Shown here: one piece after another, positions 8,512-18,634 of the stretch
How positions within the stretch are numbered: the first letter of the stretch is position 1
Layout: each line of letters starts with the position of its first letter
From: a virus
Lineage: Duplodnaviria; Caudoviricetes
IMG/VR virus record: IMGVR_UViG_3300022832_000001
Location: 1-35,794 of that record
DNA: 35,794 nucleotides
Reading direction: 5' to 3' (one strand)
The notes under the pieces: model-generated
What the model saw: only the letters and a program-made list of their open reading frames with translations
Database searches by the model: none
Told to the model about the DNA's origin: nothing
Position numbers and translations under genes: made by a program

Positions 8512-9078
8512 ATGATCGCAGTACGCAGTTACCCACTTGGAGAGATAAATTACACTATTCAAACACCTAGTTCAACCTTTAGCGGTGAGTTAATTAAATA
8601 TTTATGGGTAGACTTAAGCCAAACCACCACCGATGAGTACGTAGAAATAACTTACCACGGAATAGTTAAGACTTTGTTAATAACAGACGAGTGTAGATAC
8701 ACGCCAATTGATATAGTTTTCCAAAACAAAGAGGGTGCAAGTCAAATATTCACTATGTTTAAAGTTCGTAAAGATACCATTTCTGTAACTTCCGACAGTT
8801 TCGAGGGTGGCGCGCCTTTAGGTAAGCATCAATTCAACACGTTTAACGTGCAATCTAGGAGTAAATTTACAATTAACAGCGGCTTTGTAACCGAAGATAA
8901 AAACGAAGCTGTAAAACAATTATTGCTTAGTGAAAAAGTTTGGGTATTAGAGAGTGGACAAGCTATACCAATTAGCGTATCTAGCAAGAGCCAAGAATTT
9001 AAGACTAGACAAAATGACAGATTGATAAATTATAGTTTGGAGTTTGAATATGCTTTTAACGATATTAACAATGTATAA
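8512..9078 (+). CDS. Tail (distal-tail-like) protein
   Basis: Position before large tail-tip gene; beta-rich. Confidence 0.45.
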   Translation: MIAVRSYPLGEINYTIQTPSSTFSGELIKYLWVDLSQTTTDEYVEITYHGIVKTLLITDECRYTPIDIVFQNKEGASQIFTMFKVRKDTISVTSDSFEGGAPLGKHQFNTFNVQSRSKFTINSGFVTEDKNEAVKQLLLSEKVWVLESGQAIPISVSSKSQEFKTRQNDRLINYSLEFEYAFNDINNV

Positions 9079-11432
9079 TGGTTACAGAAATATTTATAGG
9101 AAATACTAAGGTTGATTTATCTAAAGACGAAAATATTGATTTTAATAGTTCGGTTGCAAACACCGATGACATAACTAAAATCAATACTGACTTTACTAAA
9201 AGTTTTACGGTACCAGCAAGCGACCGAAATAACTTTTTATTCAAACATTATTACGATGCGGATATAGACAATACTTTTGACGCACGAACTAAGGTTAAGG
9301 GCGAAATTAAAATATCAGGTTTCCCTTTTAGAATTGGTAAATTTAGATTAGAAAAAGTTAGCGTTAAAGATGGCAAACCCGCAAACTATACAATTAATTT
9401 TTTTGGTGATTTAGTAAATATAAAAGATTTAATCGGAGAAGATGAATTAACATCTTTAGACTTGCAAGCGTTGGATCATTCTCCAAGTGTTCAAAGTATT
9501 CAGATAGGATTGGAACAGGGCTTGTTTGATAGAGATATAGTTTACAATTTAATAAATACTAGAAAGCAATTTTTTTATAATTCAACACCAAATTATAGTA
9601 ACCCTTTACAATTGCTAACAACAAACGTAGGTACTACTAAACCATTTGGCGAGGGCGTAGATGACTTGGATTTATTTCCTTCCGTTAGAATATCAAAAAT
9701 ACTAGAAGCGATTAGCACTAAGTATGGTTTGACTTTTAGTAATGAATTTACAAATAGAACAGAGTTTAAAGAGGCTTATATGTGGGCCTGTAATAACACC
9801 GTAAACAAAATACTACGAACTTCATTTATAAACTTCACAACAGGTGGCGGTACGTTTATGAACTTAGAAACCGATAGTCTAAACTTTACAACCTTTGTAA
9901 ATAGCGCAAATGATAAAAAAAGATTTTACTTTAAAATAACAATATTAAACCCAATAATAAACAATGATAATGATACTTTACCTATCGATTTTGCTATATT
10001 TAACAATGGAGTACAGGTTGCTTTAATACAGGACCAAACACCAACTTTTGAGAGAGAATTTACAATTAACACAAACGATTTAGTAAACAACAAATATCAA
10101 TTTCAAATAAATATACCAATTAATTCTGCAACCGTTGTATGTAGATCAGAAAGTTGGAACGGCTCTAGTTGGGTCCCAACACCAGAAGAAACAAGCGGAG
10201 GTATTTCGCAAGGTAGCGAGGCACTTGTAAACGTATCAGCAAACTTACCTAAATTAAAAATAATAGAATTTTTAAGCGGTTTGTTTAAGATTTTCAAGTT
10301 GGTAGCTATTCCACAAAGAAACGGTACTATCTATTTAAACACGGCTAACGATTATTATTTAAGCGGCAAAATAGTCAACTTAACAAAACATTTTGATATA
10401 AAAAATTACGATGCAGAACGAGGGACTTTAGCAAGGCAAATTGATTTTAAATTTCAACCGCCTACGACTATCCTAAACCAACAATTTAAGCAAAATAATA
10501 TAGTTGCATACGGCGATAGTTTATTGACTTTGAAGGATACTGAATTAAAGCCGTTAGATGGTGATGTGATAAGTGTTGAACTACCTTTTGAAACTTTATT
10601 ATTTGAGAGATTAAAAGATGTAGCTACAAATAATTTAGTTAATATTCAGTACGGTTTAAGTCGAGATTTATCTGGCAACCAAGTAGTGCCTAAGCCTATT
10701 TTATTTTACAATAACGTGGTTCAATTAGGTACGACAAAAGTTAAAATGCTTAGATTGCAAACGCCTTTAAACACAACTTTAAACACGCCTAGTAATACTC
10801 TAGGATTAGATAACGTTAGTAATAGTTTAATTTGGAGCAACGAGTTCAGCACTTGGAATGGTGCATTAATAAATAATACTTTATATTCAAATTACTGGCA
10901 AAAGTACGTTGTTAATTTATTTAACATAAAAAAAAGAAACTTTAAATTCAAAGCTAAATTACCAAACTATCTTTTAACAAATATAGAGTTAAACGATATA
11001 GTGGAATTAAATAAAAAATATTATAGAATAAATGATTATAATGTAAACCTTTTAACGGGTGACGCAACATTTAATTTAATAAATAATTTTGAAACTAATT
11101 TTGGTTTGTTTTCGCCAACAAGTAAAGAAATTTATGTAAACTATTTAGCGCAAACAACTAGCGTTTACGTTAGTAATGCAAGCGTAATGAATATAACAAT
11201 TCAAAATTTAGGTTTTGGAACTGCATTTATAACAGCAATTAAAAACGGTAATTTTATAGATATTACATTTACAGAAAATGCTTTGTCATTAAATCGAGAT
11301 GCATTTATAAACGTAAATAATGGATCGGGAAAATCGTTTCAGTTATACGTAAATCAAGATAACAAAATAGTAACAGCAGATAGTACGGAAGTAACATCAG
11401 ATAACAATTTATTAACAGTAGACGCGCAATAA
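9078..11432 (+). CDS. Large tail tip/hub protein
   Basis: 784 aa, FTKSFTVPAS..NN N-terminal pattern, upstream of tape measure. Confidence 0.6.
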   Translation: MVTEIFIGNTKVDLSKDENIDFNSSVANTDDITKINTDFTKSFTVPASDRNNFLFKHYYDADIDNTFDARTKVKGEIKISGFPFRIGKFRLEKVSVKDGKPANYTINFFGDLVNIKDLIGEDELTSLDLQALDHSPSVQSIQIGLEQGLFDRDIVYNLINTRKQFFYNSTPNYSNPLQLLTTNVGTTKPFGEGVDDLDLFPSVRISKILEAISTKYGLTFSNEFTNRTEFKEAYMWACNNTVNKILRTSFINFTTGGGTFMNLETDSLNFTTFVNSANDKKRFYFKITILNPIINNDNDTLPIDFAIFNNGVQVALIQDQTPTFEREFTINTNDLVNNKYQFQINIPINSATVVCRSESWNGSSWVPTPEETSGGISQGSEALVNVSANLPKLKIIEFLSGLFKIFKLVAIPQRNGTIYLNTANDYYLSGKIVNLTKHFDIKNYDAERGTLARQIDFKFQPPTTILNQQFKQNNIVAYGDSLLTLKDTELKPLDGDVISVELPFETLLFERLKDVATNNLVNIQYGLSRDLSGNQVVPKPILFYNNVVQLGTTKVKMLRLQTPLNTTLNTPSNTLGLDNVSNSLIWSNEFSTWNGALINNTLYSNYWQKYVVNLFNIKKRNFKFKAKLPNYLLTNIELNDIVELNKKYYRINDYNVNLLTGDATFNLINNFETNFGLFSPTSKEIYVNYLAQTTSVYVSNASVMNITIQNLGFGTAFITAIKNGNFIDITFTENALSLNRDAFINVNNGSGKSFQLYVNQDNKIVTADSTEVTSDNNLLTVDAQ

Positions 11433-11434
11433 TT

Positions 11435-12010
11435 ATGGCACAGCAAGTAATAGGAATAGGAGTAACACCAAACGACGGAACAGGGGACTCTTTAAGAGAT
11501 GCATTTGTAAAAGTGAATGCTAACTTTTCGGAAGTATACCAAACCGCAGGGGGTTGGGCTATTTATAATGATAGTCAATACACGTTATCTAATCCTCTAG
11601 TAATAAGTCAGGGAGTAACATCAATAATGACAAATAATGCAAATACAGTAATTAATACATATTTGCCCGTTGGTGTAGTCAATCTATGGGACGTCTCTAC
11701 TTCAAAAATAACACCTCAAAATATAGGCGACTACTACATAACTACTTTTAGATTTAAGGCTAAAAATTCAGCAGCATTTGGGCTGTTTGAAACAGCAATA
11801 GATTTAGGCGGTTCTACTGGTATTTTGTTTAAAGAAAGTCAAAATATGAGTAATACTGCATTGGTTGAACAGACATATGCTATTGTAATACCTATGTATA
11901 TAGGTGCTGATTTTAAATTAAACGGAGGGATTCCAAAAGTAAAGAGCATTAGCGGCACTACTTCTATATATGACATAGAGTTCCAATTTGCCAGAATCCA
12001 TAAAGGATAA
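11435..12010 (+). CDS. Fibre/baseplate appendage with T4 gp9/gp10-like N-terminus
   Basis: MAQQVIGIG..PNDGTGDSLRDAF.K.N.NF motif. Confidence 0.7.
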   Translation: MAQQVIGIGVTPNDGTGDSLRDAFVKVNANFSEVYQTAGGWAIYNDSQYTLSNPLVISQGVTSIMTNNANTVINTYLPVGVVNLWDVSTSKITPQNIGDYYITTFRFKAKNSAAFGLFETAIDLGGSTGILFKESQNMSNTALVEQTYAIVIPMYIGADFKLNGGIPKVKSISGTTSIYDIEFQFARIHKG

Positions 12011-12013
12011 ATT

Positions 12014-12166
12014 ATGATACTAGAAATTATAAAATTGTGCAATATGTTGCCATACTATAACGGTGGCGAATGTATCGAAATAGCAAAGGGAAAATTTGCA
12101 ACGATAAAAAGTTGGAAAAAAGCAAAAGAACAAATTAAACGTAGTTATAAAGAAATATACAAATGA
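12014..12166 (+). CDS. 50-aa hypothetical protein (absent from ORF track)
   Basis: MILEIIKLCNMLPYYNGGECIEIAKGK...; fills the gap, ATGA overlap with tape measure. Confidence 0.7.
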   Translation: MILEIIKLCNMLPYYNGGECIEIAKGKFATIKSWKKAKEQIKRSYKEIYK

Positions 12167-13794
12167 TAACCGAAGTAATAAAAGTTGTAGCGGATACAAG
12201 CGACGCAAACCGTAAGATTGACAAGCTAGATAATTCTTTAAACACCTTGAAAAAAAGCACGTCAGGAGTTGCAAAAGGAATGAAGGAAAGTTCTGTATCG
12301 GTTTTGGAAAACGGCGGCGCAATGGGTTTACTAAATGCAGTTACGGGTGGTTACGCTCAAGTAGGTAAAGATTCAGTAGAGGCACTTGGATTGTTTTCTA
12401 AAGAATCTAAACTTGCAACCGCTTTACAATCTGCGTATAGTTTTGTTGTTGGCACATCTACGGGAGCAATGAAACTTTTTAAACTTGCTCTAGCTGGTAC
12501 TGGAATTGGTTTAATTATTTTGGCGTTAGTTTCTTTAGTTTTGAACTTTGGAAAAATAACTGATGCTGTTACAAAGTTTTTGCCCGGGCTTAAATTAGTT
12601 GGCGATTTCTTTAGAACGGTAGCTAATGCGGTTACTGATTTTGTTGGTATAACTTCTGAAGCAGAAAGGGCCTTAGATGCTTTTAATGAACAAGCAAAAA
12701 AATCTTTAAAGCAAAATGAAGATTATATGCAAACTAGAGGCGACTTGTTAGATGACTTTAGTAAGAAAAAAGTAGAGGCTAAAAACAGATATTTAAAAGC
12801 AACGCAAGAGGAAGGAATTAGCGACGAAAAAAGAAATGAATTAGCTAAAAGATTAAACAGAGATTTAATTGGTATAGATAAAGAGAGAAACGATAAAAAA
12901 GTAAAAGATAACAAAGAAGCGCAAGATAAAATAGACGCTGACAATAAGTCTATAAACGATAAAAGAAAGGCATTACAAGAGAAAGCAGATGCAATAGCAA
13001 AAGCAAAAAGAAAAGCAATTGAGGACGCAAGAAAAGCCGCTTTAGATAAAGCAAATAAAATTGAGGACGATGCGAGAGAAGATAACTTGCAAAAAACAAG
13101 AACCGCGTTACAAAATTTAACGGCAAAGTTTGAGCAAGAAAGAAAAATATTAGTAGATAATAATGTTTCAACAGTAGAACTAGAAGCGCAATTTGCTAGA
13201 AATAAAAAAGAAATTAAAGATAAGGAAATTGCGGATAAAAAAATAATTGACGATAAGGCGGCAGCAGATAAAAAAGCAATAGATGACAAGGCGGCTGCGG
13301 ACGAAATAATTAGAGCGACAGCGGTTAAAGATGCTAAAATAGGTTTGGCAAATAACACTTTAAATCTAATTGCAGAACTTGCTGGTAGAGGTTCTAAAAT
13401 AGGAAAAGCAACAGCAGTGGCACAAGCAACTATTTCGGGTTACGAGGGTGTGCAAAATGCTTATACAACAGCACAAAAATCTCCTATCACTACTTTATTT
13501 CCTGCCTATCCATTAATACAAGCTGGTCTAGCTGGTGCGTTTTCTGCAATACAAATTAAAAAAATATTAAGCACCAACGCTGGCGGTTCAACTCCACCAA
13601 GTTCAAATACTGGTGGTGGTGGTCAACAAGCACCATCTGCACCGTCTTTCAATTTAGTTCAAGGAACGGGAGCAAATCAAATAGCGTCTAGTTTAGGAGG
13701 TCAAAACCAACCAATACAAGCGTTTGTGGTTAGTTCAAATGTTACCACCGCACAAGCGTTAGAGCGTAATATAATATCTAACAGCAAGTTTTAA
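12163..13794 (+). CDS. Tape measure protein
   Basis: Ala/Gly-rich hydrophobic helices, long charged coiled coil, 11-aa tandem repeat at 13231-13296. Confidence 0.75.
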   Translation: MITEVIKVVADTSDANRKIDKLDNSLNTLKKSTSGVAKGMKESSVSVLENGGAMGLLNAVTGGYAQVGKDSVEALGLFSKESKLATALQSAYSFVVGTSTGAMKLFKLALAGTGIGLIILALVSLVLNFGKITDAVTKFLPGLKLVGDFFRTVANAVTDFVGITSEAERALDAFNEQAKKSLKQNEDYMQTRGDLLDDFSKKKVEAKNRYLKATQEEGISDEKRNELAKRLNRDLIGIDKERNDKKVKDNKEAQDKIDADNKSINDKRKALQEKADAIAKAKRKAIEDARKAALDKANKIEDDAREDNLQKTRTALQNLTAKFEQERKILVDNNVSTVELEAQFARNKKEIKDKEIADKKIIDDKAAADKKAIDDKAAADEIIRATAVKDAKIGLANNTLNLIAELAGRGSKIGKATAVAQATISGYEGVQNAYTTAQKSPITTLFPAYPLIQAGLAGAFSAIQIKKILSTNAGGSTPPSSNTGGGGQQAPSAPSFNLVQGTGANQIASSLGGQNQPIQAFVVSSNVTTAQALERNIISNSKF

Positions 13795-13808
13795 TAAAAT
13801 CTTTTTAT

Positions 13809-13833
13809 GTTACAATTTAACATTTATTTCGTT
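13809..13833 (+). promoter_or_regulatory. Putative late promoter GTTACA-N14-TCGTT
   Basis: Motif; ATG 13842 follows after 8 nt. Confidence 0.7.
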
Positions 13834-13841
13834 TATAAATT

Positions 13842-14945
13842 ATGAGGACATATGAGGCTTTTTATAATCCCGAAGAAAATAAAGGAGTTTTTGCGGTTTC
13901 GCTTGTGCTTAATCCAGCGATGGAGGGCGACTTTATAGCATTGAAAGCGCAGTCTTTGCAACTTAAAGAAATAGACAGCGAGCAACGCATTTTGGTTGGT
14001 TTAGTATTAGAGCCAAACAAGCCAATTTATCGCAACCAAAACGGAGAGGAGTTCAATATAACATTTTCAGAAAATACCATTAAAGAATTATCTTACGGTT
14101 TCTTTAAAAATAACCACCAAAAGAATAGCACAATAGAACACGATGAGAGCCAAAAAATCGACGGTGTTACATTTGTTGAAAGTTGGATAGTAGAAGATTC
14201 TAAAAATGATAAATCAAACGCTTTAGGGTTAAGCTATCCGAAAGGTAGTTGGATTGCAACTATGAAAGTTGACAACGATAATGTTTGGAGTGAGTTTGTT
14301 AAGACGGGCAAAGTAAAAGGGTTTAGTATTGACGCAATGCTATCACTAGAAGAAGTAAATTTAAAATCGGAAATAAATATGAGTGTAGAAATAATTGAGA
14401 TGTTGAAAAACCTACCTACTAGTATTGCTTTGGCATTAAAGCCTAAAGTAGATATTAAGTTGGGTAGCGTTAAAAGCGCAGACGGTTCGGTGGTTATCGA
14501 ATACGAGGGCGATATGATGATGGAAGGCGGTGCAGTTTTCGTTGTTGCAGAAGATGGTACACAAGTTCCTTTACCAGTTGGCGATTACGAGTTGGAGGAT
14601 GGTATGATTTTGTCAGTTACAGAAGAAGGTAAAATTGGTTCGATGAAAGCAATGGAAGCGCCAGCAGCAGAAAATGTAGATGCGCCACTTTCAGAGCCAA
14701 ATGTACCAAGTGCAACGGACCAAGCAACGGCGGTTGAAAATGCGATTAAATCGATTATGATTAAATACGCAGAAGAATTTAACGCAAAGTTAAAAGAGGT
14801 TACAGATGCAAACGTAGTTTTGAAAGCGGAAATAGTTGCTTTAAGCGCGCAACCAGCAACAAAGCCAAAGGTTTCAGTACCAACGCAATTAGGGGCGCAA
14901 ACAGCATACCAGAAATTCATCGAACACAAAAACAAATTTAACTAA
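13842..14945 (+). CDS. Prohead protease (XkdF-like) with C-terminal scaffold
   Basis: EH...ESWI...GSWIATMKV...VKTGKVKGFSID; acidic/coiled-coil C-terminus; precedes capsid. Confidence 0.8.
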   Translation: MRTYEAFYNPEENKGVFAVSLVLNPAMEGDFIALKAQSLQLKEIDSEQRILVGLVLEPNKPIYRNQNGEEFNITFSENTIKELSYGFFKNNHQKNSTIEHDESQKIDGVTFVESWIVEDSKNDKSNALGLSYPKGSWIATMKVDNDNVWSEFVKTGKVKGFSIDAMLSLEEVNLKSEINMSVEIIEMLKNLPTSIALALKPKVDIKLGSVKSADGSVVIEYEGDMMMEGGAVFVVAEDGTQVPLPVGDYELEDGMILSVTEEGKIGSMKAMEAPAAENVDAPLSEPNVPSATDQATAVENAIKSIMIKYAEEFNAKLKEVTDANVVLKAEIVALSAQPATKPKVSVPTQLGAQTAYQKFIEHKNKFN

Positions 14946-14956
14946 ATTTATATAAT

Positions 14957-15955
14957 ATGGCAATAGCATACACGGGGGCGGTAATCCCAACAGATTTTAA
15001 AGCGGACATTATAGCCGAAATTTTATTCAAAAACGCAACCGTTGAAGATGGTTTGGTAATGTTTGAAACTGGCATTAAAGCTGGTCGCGTAATTACTGAA
15101 AATATCAATTCGGTAACAATGCAACCTTGGAGCGTTAACCCAACGGGATCGGAAGCTGGTAGTATTGGTATAGACGATACAACAGTATTCCCTGTAAAAG
15201 TTGAGTATATCGACAAATTTACTCCAGACGACTTGCGTTCTACTAGATTCAATAGAGATATGGCACCTGGTGCAATTAATGATGTATCAGATGAATTTAA
15301 CAGATTGGTTTTAAATGGTATAGCGCCTTTAATTTCAAACGATTCAGAGAACAAGTATTGGAACGGTGCTTTAGCATCTACAAAAACCGCAGTAGCTTTA
15401 CTAACAGCTGGGGCTTTACAAACACAAGTTTCTGCAAATGAAAAAGCGTTAGTTGCTGCAATGCCAACTACATTGTTTGACTCTTTAACTACTAAAATTA
15501 TCTACAATAAGAATGCGGTAGGAAAGAGAATTAAAGTTGGCGGTACGGTTTTAGATTCTGCAAATATTGGTGCGGAAGTTGGCAAAATTTACAACGCAAT
15601 TCCTGACGAAGTTTTATCTGGAAACGATAAGCCTTATATTTATGCATCAAGAAGCGTTAAGAAATTAATTAACAACTTTAACAAAGCACAAGTTTATAGA
15701 GATACTTTTACAGTAGATTTAGCTACTAACAAATATTTTTACTTAGACGTAGAAATTGTATTTGTACCTTTAGCGCCTAACGTAATGTTAGCTGGTGTAC
15801 CTATGAACTTTGTATGGTGTACGGACTTGTTAGATGACTATTCTGACATTCAAATTGCCCCATACCCAGCACCAAGAAAGGATTACTTCTACGACGTTAT
15901 CTTTACTATTTTTGCTCACGTAGTAAATCAGAAATTCAACGTTTTATACGTATAA
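14957..15955 (+). CDS. Major capsid protein
   Basis: 332 aa after protease/scaffold and followed by a terminator. Confidence 0.7.
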   Translation: MAIAYTGAVIPTDFKADIIAEILFKNATVEDGLVMFETGIKAGRVITENINSVTMQPWSVNPTGSEAGSIGIDDTTVFPVKVEYIDKFTPDDLRSTRFNRDMAPGAINDVSDEFNRLVLNGIAPLISNDSENKYWNGALASTKTAVALLTAGALQTQVSANEKALVAAMPTTLFDSLTTKIIYNKNAVGKRIKVGGTVLDSANIGAEVGKIYNAIPDEVLSGNDKPYIYASRSVKKLINNFNKAQVYRDTFTVDLATNKYFYLDVEIVFVPLAPNVMLAGVPMNFVWCTDLLDDYSDIQIAPYPAPRKDYFYDVIFTIFAHVVNQKFNVLYV

Positions 15956-15963
15956 TTAATAAT

Positions 15964-15991
15964 AGGGCGGTTGAAAATATCGCCCTTTTTT
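15964..15991 (+). terminator. Intrinsic terminator
   Basis: AGGGCGGT/ATCGCCCT plus T run. Confidence 0.8.
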
Positions 15992-16006
15992 AACACAAAA
16001 TAATAT

Positions 16007-16525
16007 ATGTGCGATATAACGAACGGTCGTAAAAAGCAATGCAAAAATGCGATAGCGGGTACTTCAAAGGTGTATCTATTTAACGACATTGAAAATCCTT
16101 TTACAGTTTTAAACGGCGTAGCTACGGCAATGAATCCTCTTTTAGTAGACGTATTTCAATATGACCTAATAGGCGATGGAAATATTTTTGCTCAATCATT
16201 AGCATCTGACAGAAACGCGGGTACAACTACAAACACCCAAACATTAACTTTAGTCTTGCCTAAAACAACTAAAGAGGACAACCACCAATTAAATTTATTG
16301 GCTTACGGTTTTCCTAAAGCCGTTGTTCAAGATAAAGCTGGAAACTATCACTTAGTAGGTTTGAAAGAGGGAATCGACTTCTTAGTAGCACCAACTACTG
16401 GAGGCGCAAAAGCAGATTTTAACGGTTATAATTTAACGGGAACTTCTATTGAAACAGAATTAGCGCCTTTACTAGATAGCGCGACTATTACGGCATTTTT
16501 AGCTGTGGTAAATCCAACGACATAA
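16007..16525 (+). CDS. Major tail tube protein (putative)
   Basis: 172 aa, Thr/Gly beta-rich, followed by terminator; paralog at 19182. Confidence 0.6.
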   Translation: MCDITNGRKKQCKNAIAGTSKVYLFNDIENPFTVLNGVATAMNPLLVDVFQYDLIGDGNIFAQSLASDRNAGTTTNTQTLTLVLPKTTKEDNHQLNLLAYGFPKAVVQDKAGNYHLVGLKEGIDFLVAPTTGGAKADFNGYNLTGTSIETELAPLLDSATITAFLAVVNPTT

Positions 16526-16542
16526 TCTTTCTTTTTATTTTT

Positions 16543-16576
16543 AAAAACCCGCTAGTAATAAATTAGCGGGTTTTTT
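16543..16576 (+). terminator. Intrinsic terminator (possibly bidirectional)
   Basis: AAAAACCCGCTA/TAGCGGGTTTTTT. Confidence 0.85.
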
Positions 16577-16582
16577 GTTTTT

Positions 16583-16607
16583 GTTACAAAATCGCTATTT
16601 TATCGTT
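16583..16607 (+). promoter_or_regulatory. Putative late promoter GTTACA-N14-TCGTT
   Basis: Motif; ATG 16616 follows after 8 nt. Confidence 0.7.
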
Positions 16608-16615
16608 TTATAAAT

Positions 16616-16930
16616 ATGAAAATACTTTCGCCTTTAGCGGTAAACCACGAAATAGTTATAATACCTAGAAAGTATTTTAACGGCAGTATTTTATTAAGAT
16701 TAAATAACGAAGAAAATAAAGAAGTTTTAATTTATAATTTAGACCAATTAACGGTTAACGGCTATATGTATATTGGTTTTAACCAATCATTTATGAACAA
16801 CTCAAATTATCAAATAACAATATTGGAATTTGATACAAACGAAATTATTTACAGAGGAAAATTGTTTATAACCGACCAATCAAACGAAACGCAAGAATAC
16901 AAAATTACTAAAGATATTTTTACTTTTTAA
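16616..16930 (+). CDS. Hypothetical virion protein
   Basis: ORF in late operon before portal. Confidence 0.6.
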   Translation: MKILSPLAVNHEIVIIPRKYFNGSILLRLNNEENKEVLIYNLDQLTVNGYMYIGFNQSFMNNSNYQITILEFDTNEIIYRGKLFITDQSNETQEYKITKDIFTF

Positions 16931-16931
16931 T

Positions 16932-18629
16932 ATGAGCGAAATAAAATTAATTCAACTAAACAACTACGTTAAACCCGTATTGCAAGAAAATAAATCTAAA
17001 AATTGGGTTTTAAACGGCGTTAACAATAGTTTTTACCAATACATTATAGATAGGTTTAACGGAAGCGTAACAAACCATTCTATTATAACAGCATATACAC
17101 ATTTAATTTACGGGCAAGGCTTATTTGCTAAAAATGCAAGTACTAAGCCAACAGAATGGGCAAATTTTAAAACGATATTAAATAGCAAAGATTTACGTAA
17201 AATAGTTAGCGACTTTCAACTATTCGGAGAAGCTAGTGTACAAGTTATTAAATCAAAAGACCGTAAAAAAGTAACGGGTATATTTCATTTGCCTAAACAA
17301 TATGTAGTGCCTAGTTTGGAAAATGAGGAGGGCGAAATAGAACACTATTTTTATAATAAGGATTGGAGTAAACCAAAATTAGCTGAACAGTTTAGTGCGT
17401 TCGGTACTTCTAACGATGAATCGGAAATATACTGCATAAAACCATATTCAGCGGGTAAAAATTACTTCTCAGATCCAAGTTACTTGCCAGTCTTGCAATT
17501 TGCAAACATAGAAGAAGAAATAAGTAACTTTTATAATAACTTTTTGCTGAACGGATTAAGCGCTGGTTATCTTATAAACGTGCCAGACGGTCAAACGTTA
17601 ACGGCAGAAGAAAAAGATAGTTTTGAACGTCAAATAAAAGCTAAATTAACGGGTTCGCCTAACGCTGGTAAATTTGTTTTAAATTTTGCTAGTAAAGACT
17701 CTGAAATCACCATTACAGCATTTCCTGTTAACGAATCAATGCACAAGCAATGGGAGTTTTTAAGCAATGAGGCACGTCAACAAATAATGACGGGGCATTT
17801 TTTAACCTCGCCAATGTTAGCTGGTATTAAAGATAATACGGGGTTAGGTAATAACGCAAACGAACTAGACGAAGCAGAAGCGCAACTTTTAAAGCGTGTA
17901 ATTGCGCCAAAACAGTTTCCAATTATAGAAGCTATTGACGAAATCATTTCTTTTAATAATATGGCTTTTGATTTTTACTTCAAACCACTTTCAGAAGTAC
18001 AAGATACTGCAATGCCAACGCAACTAAGCGAAGAAAAAAAAAAGTCAACACTAGATGAGATTTTAGATAGTTTAGACAGCGATTTGCAAGGTTATGATTT
18101 AGTCGATAGTAGAAAGGTTGAGTATGAAGATGAAGACGAACTAGACACTATTATTGCTGGTCATAATATACAATTTGCAAGCACGGGAACGGCAAACCCT
18201 AACGCAAAAGATACAACTACAAACCCAACGCAAGATGGTAAACTATTTAAGAGCCGTTATAGATATAGCACGGGTTTAAATGCTAATAGTAGAGAGTTTT
18301 GCAGTAAAATGGTAGGCGCAAATAAGTTATATCGCAAGCAAGACATAGACAGAATGAGTAAATCGTCTGTTAACTCGGGCTGGGGTGCAAAAGGTGCTGA
18401 TAATTACGACATTTGGCTTTATAAAGGCGGTGGAGATTGCCATCATTTTTGGATTAGGGAAACTTATAGGCTAAAATCAGACGTAAACAGTCCTTTAGCA
18501 GAGAAAATAACGCCAGCACAAGCAAGAAAAGAGGGCGAAATATTGCCAGCAAATGATAAATTAGTTTATACAGCGCCAAAAGATATGCCTTTCAATGGGT
18601 TTTTACCATCAAATAAAAGATTTAACTAG
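16932..18629 (+). CDS. Portal protein with C-terminal Cys/His (MuF-like) extension
   Basis: ~370-aa portal-like part (NGLSAG, GSPNAGK, QIMTGH..SPMLAGI), A10 run, then REFC...KGGGDCHHFW. Confidence 0.75.
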   Translation: MSEIKLIQLNNYVKPVLQENKSKNWVLNGVNNSFYQYIIDRFNGSVTNHSIITAYTHLIYGQGLFAKNASTKPTEWANFKTILNSKDLRKIVSDFQLFGEASVQVIKSKDRKKVTGIFHLPKQYVVPSLENEEGEIEHYFYNKDWSKPKLAEQFSAFGTSNDESEIYCIKPYSAGKNYFSDPSYLPVLQFANIEEEISNFYNNFLLNGLSAGYLINVPDGQTLTAEEKDSFERQIKAKLTGSPNAGKFVLNFASKDSEITITAFPVNESMHKQWEFLSNEARQQIMTGHFLTSPMLAGIKDNTGLGNNANELDEAEAQLLKRVIAPKQFPIIEAIDEIISFNNMAFDFYFKPLSEVQDTAMPTQLSEEKKKSTLDEILDSLDSDLQGYDLVDSRKVEYEDEDELDTIIAGHNIQFASTGTANPNAKDTTTNPTQDGKLFKSRYRYSTGLNANSREFCSKMVGANKLYRKQDIDRMSKSSVNSGWGAKGADNYDIWLYKGGGDCHHFWIRETYRLKSDVNSPLAEKITPAQARKEGEILPANDKLVYTAPKDMPFNGFLPSNKRFN

Positions 18630-18634
18630 AAATT

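Noticed and set aside
13231-13296. 33-bp tandem duplication in tape measure
   Set aside because: 11-residue periodicity is ordinary for tape measure proteins
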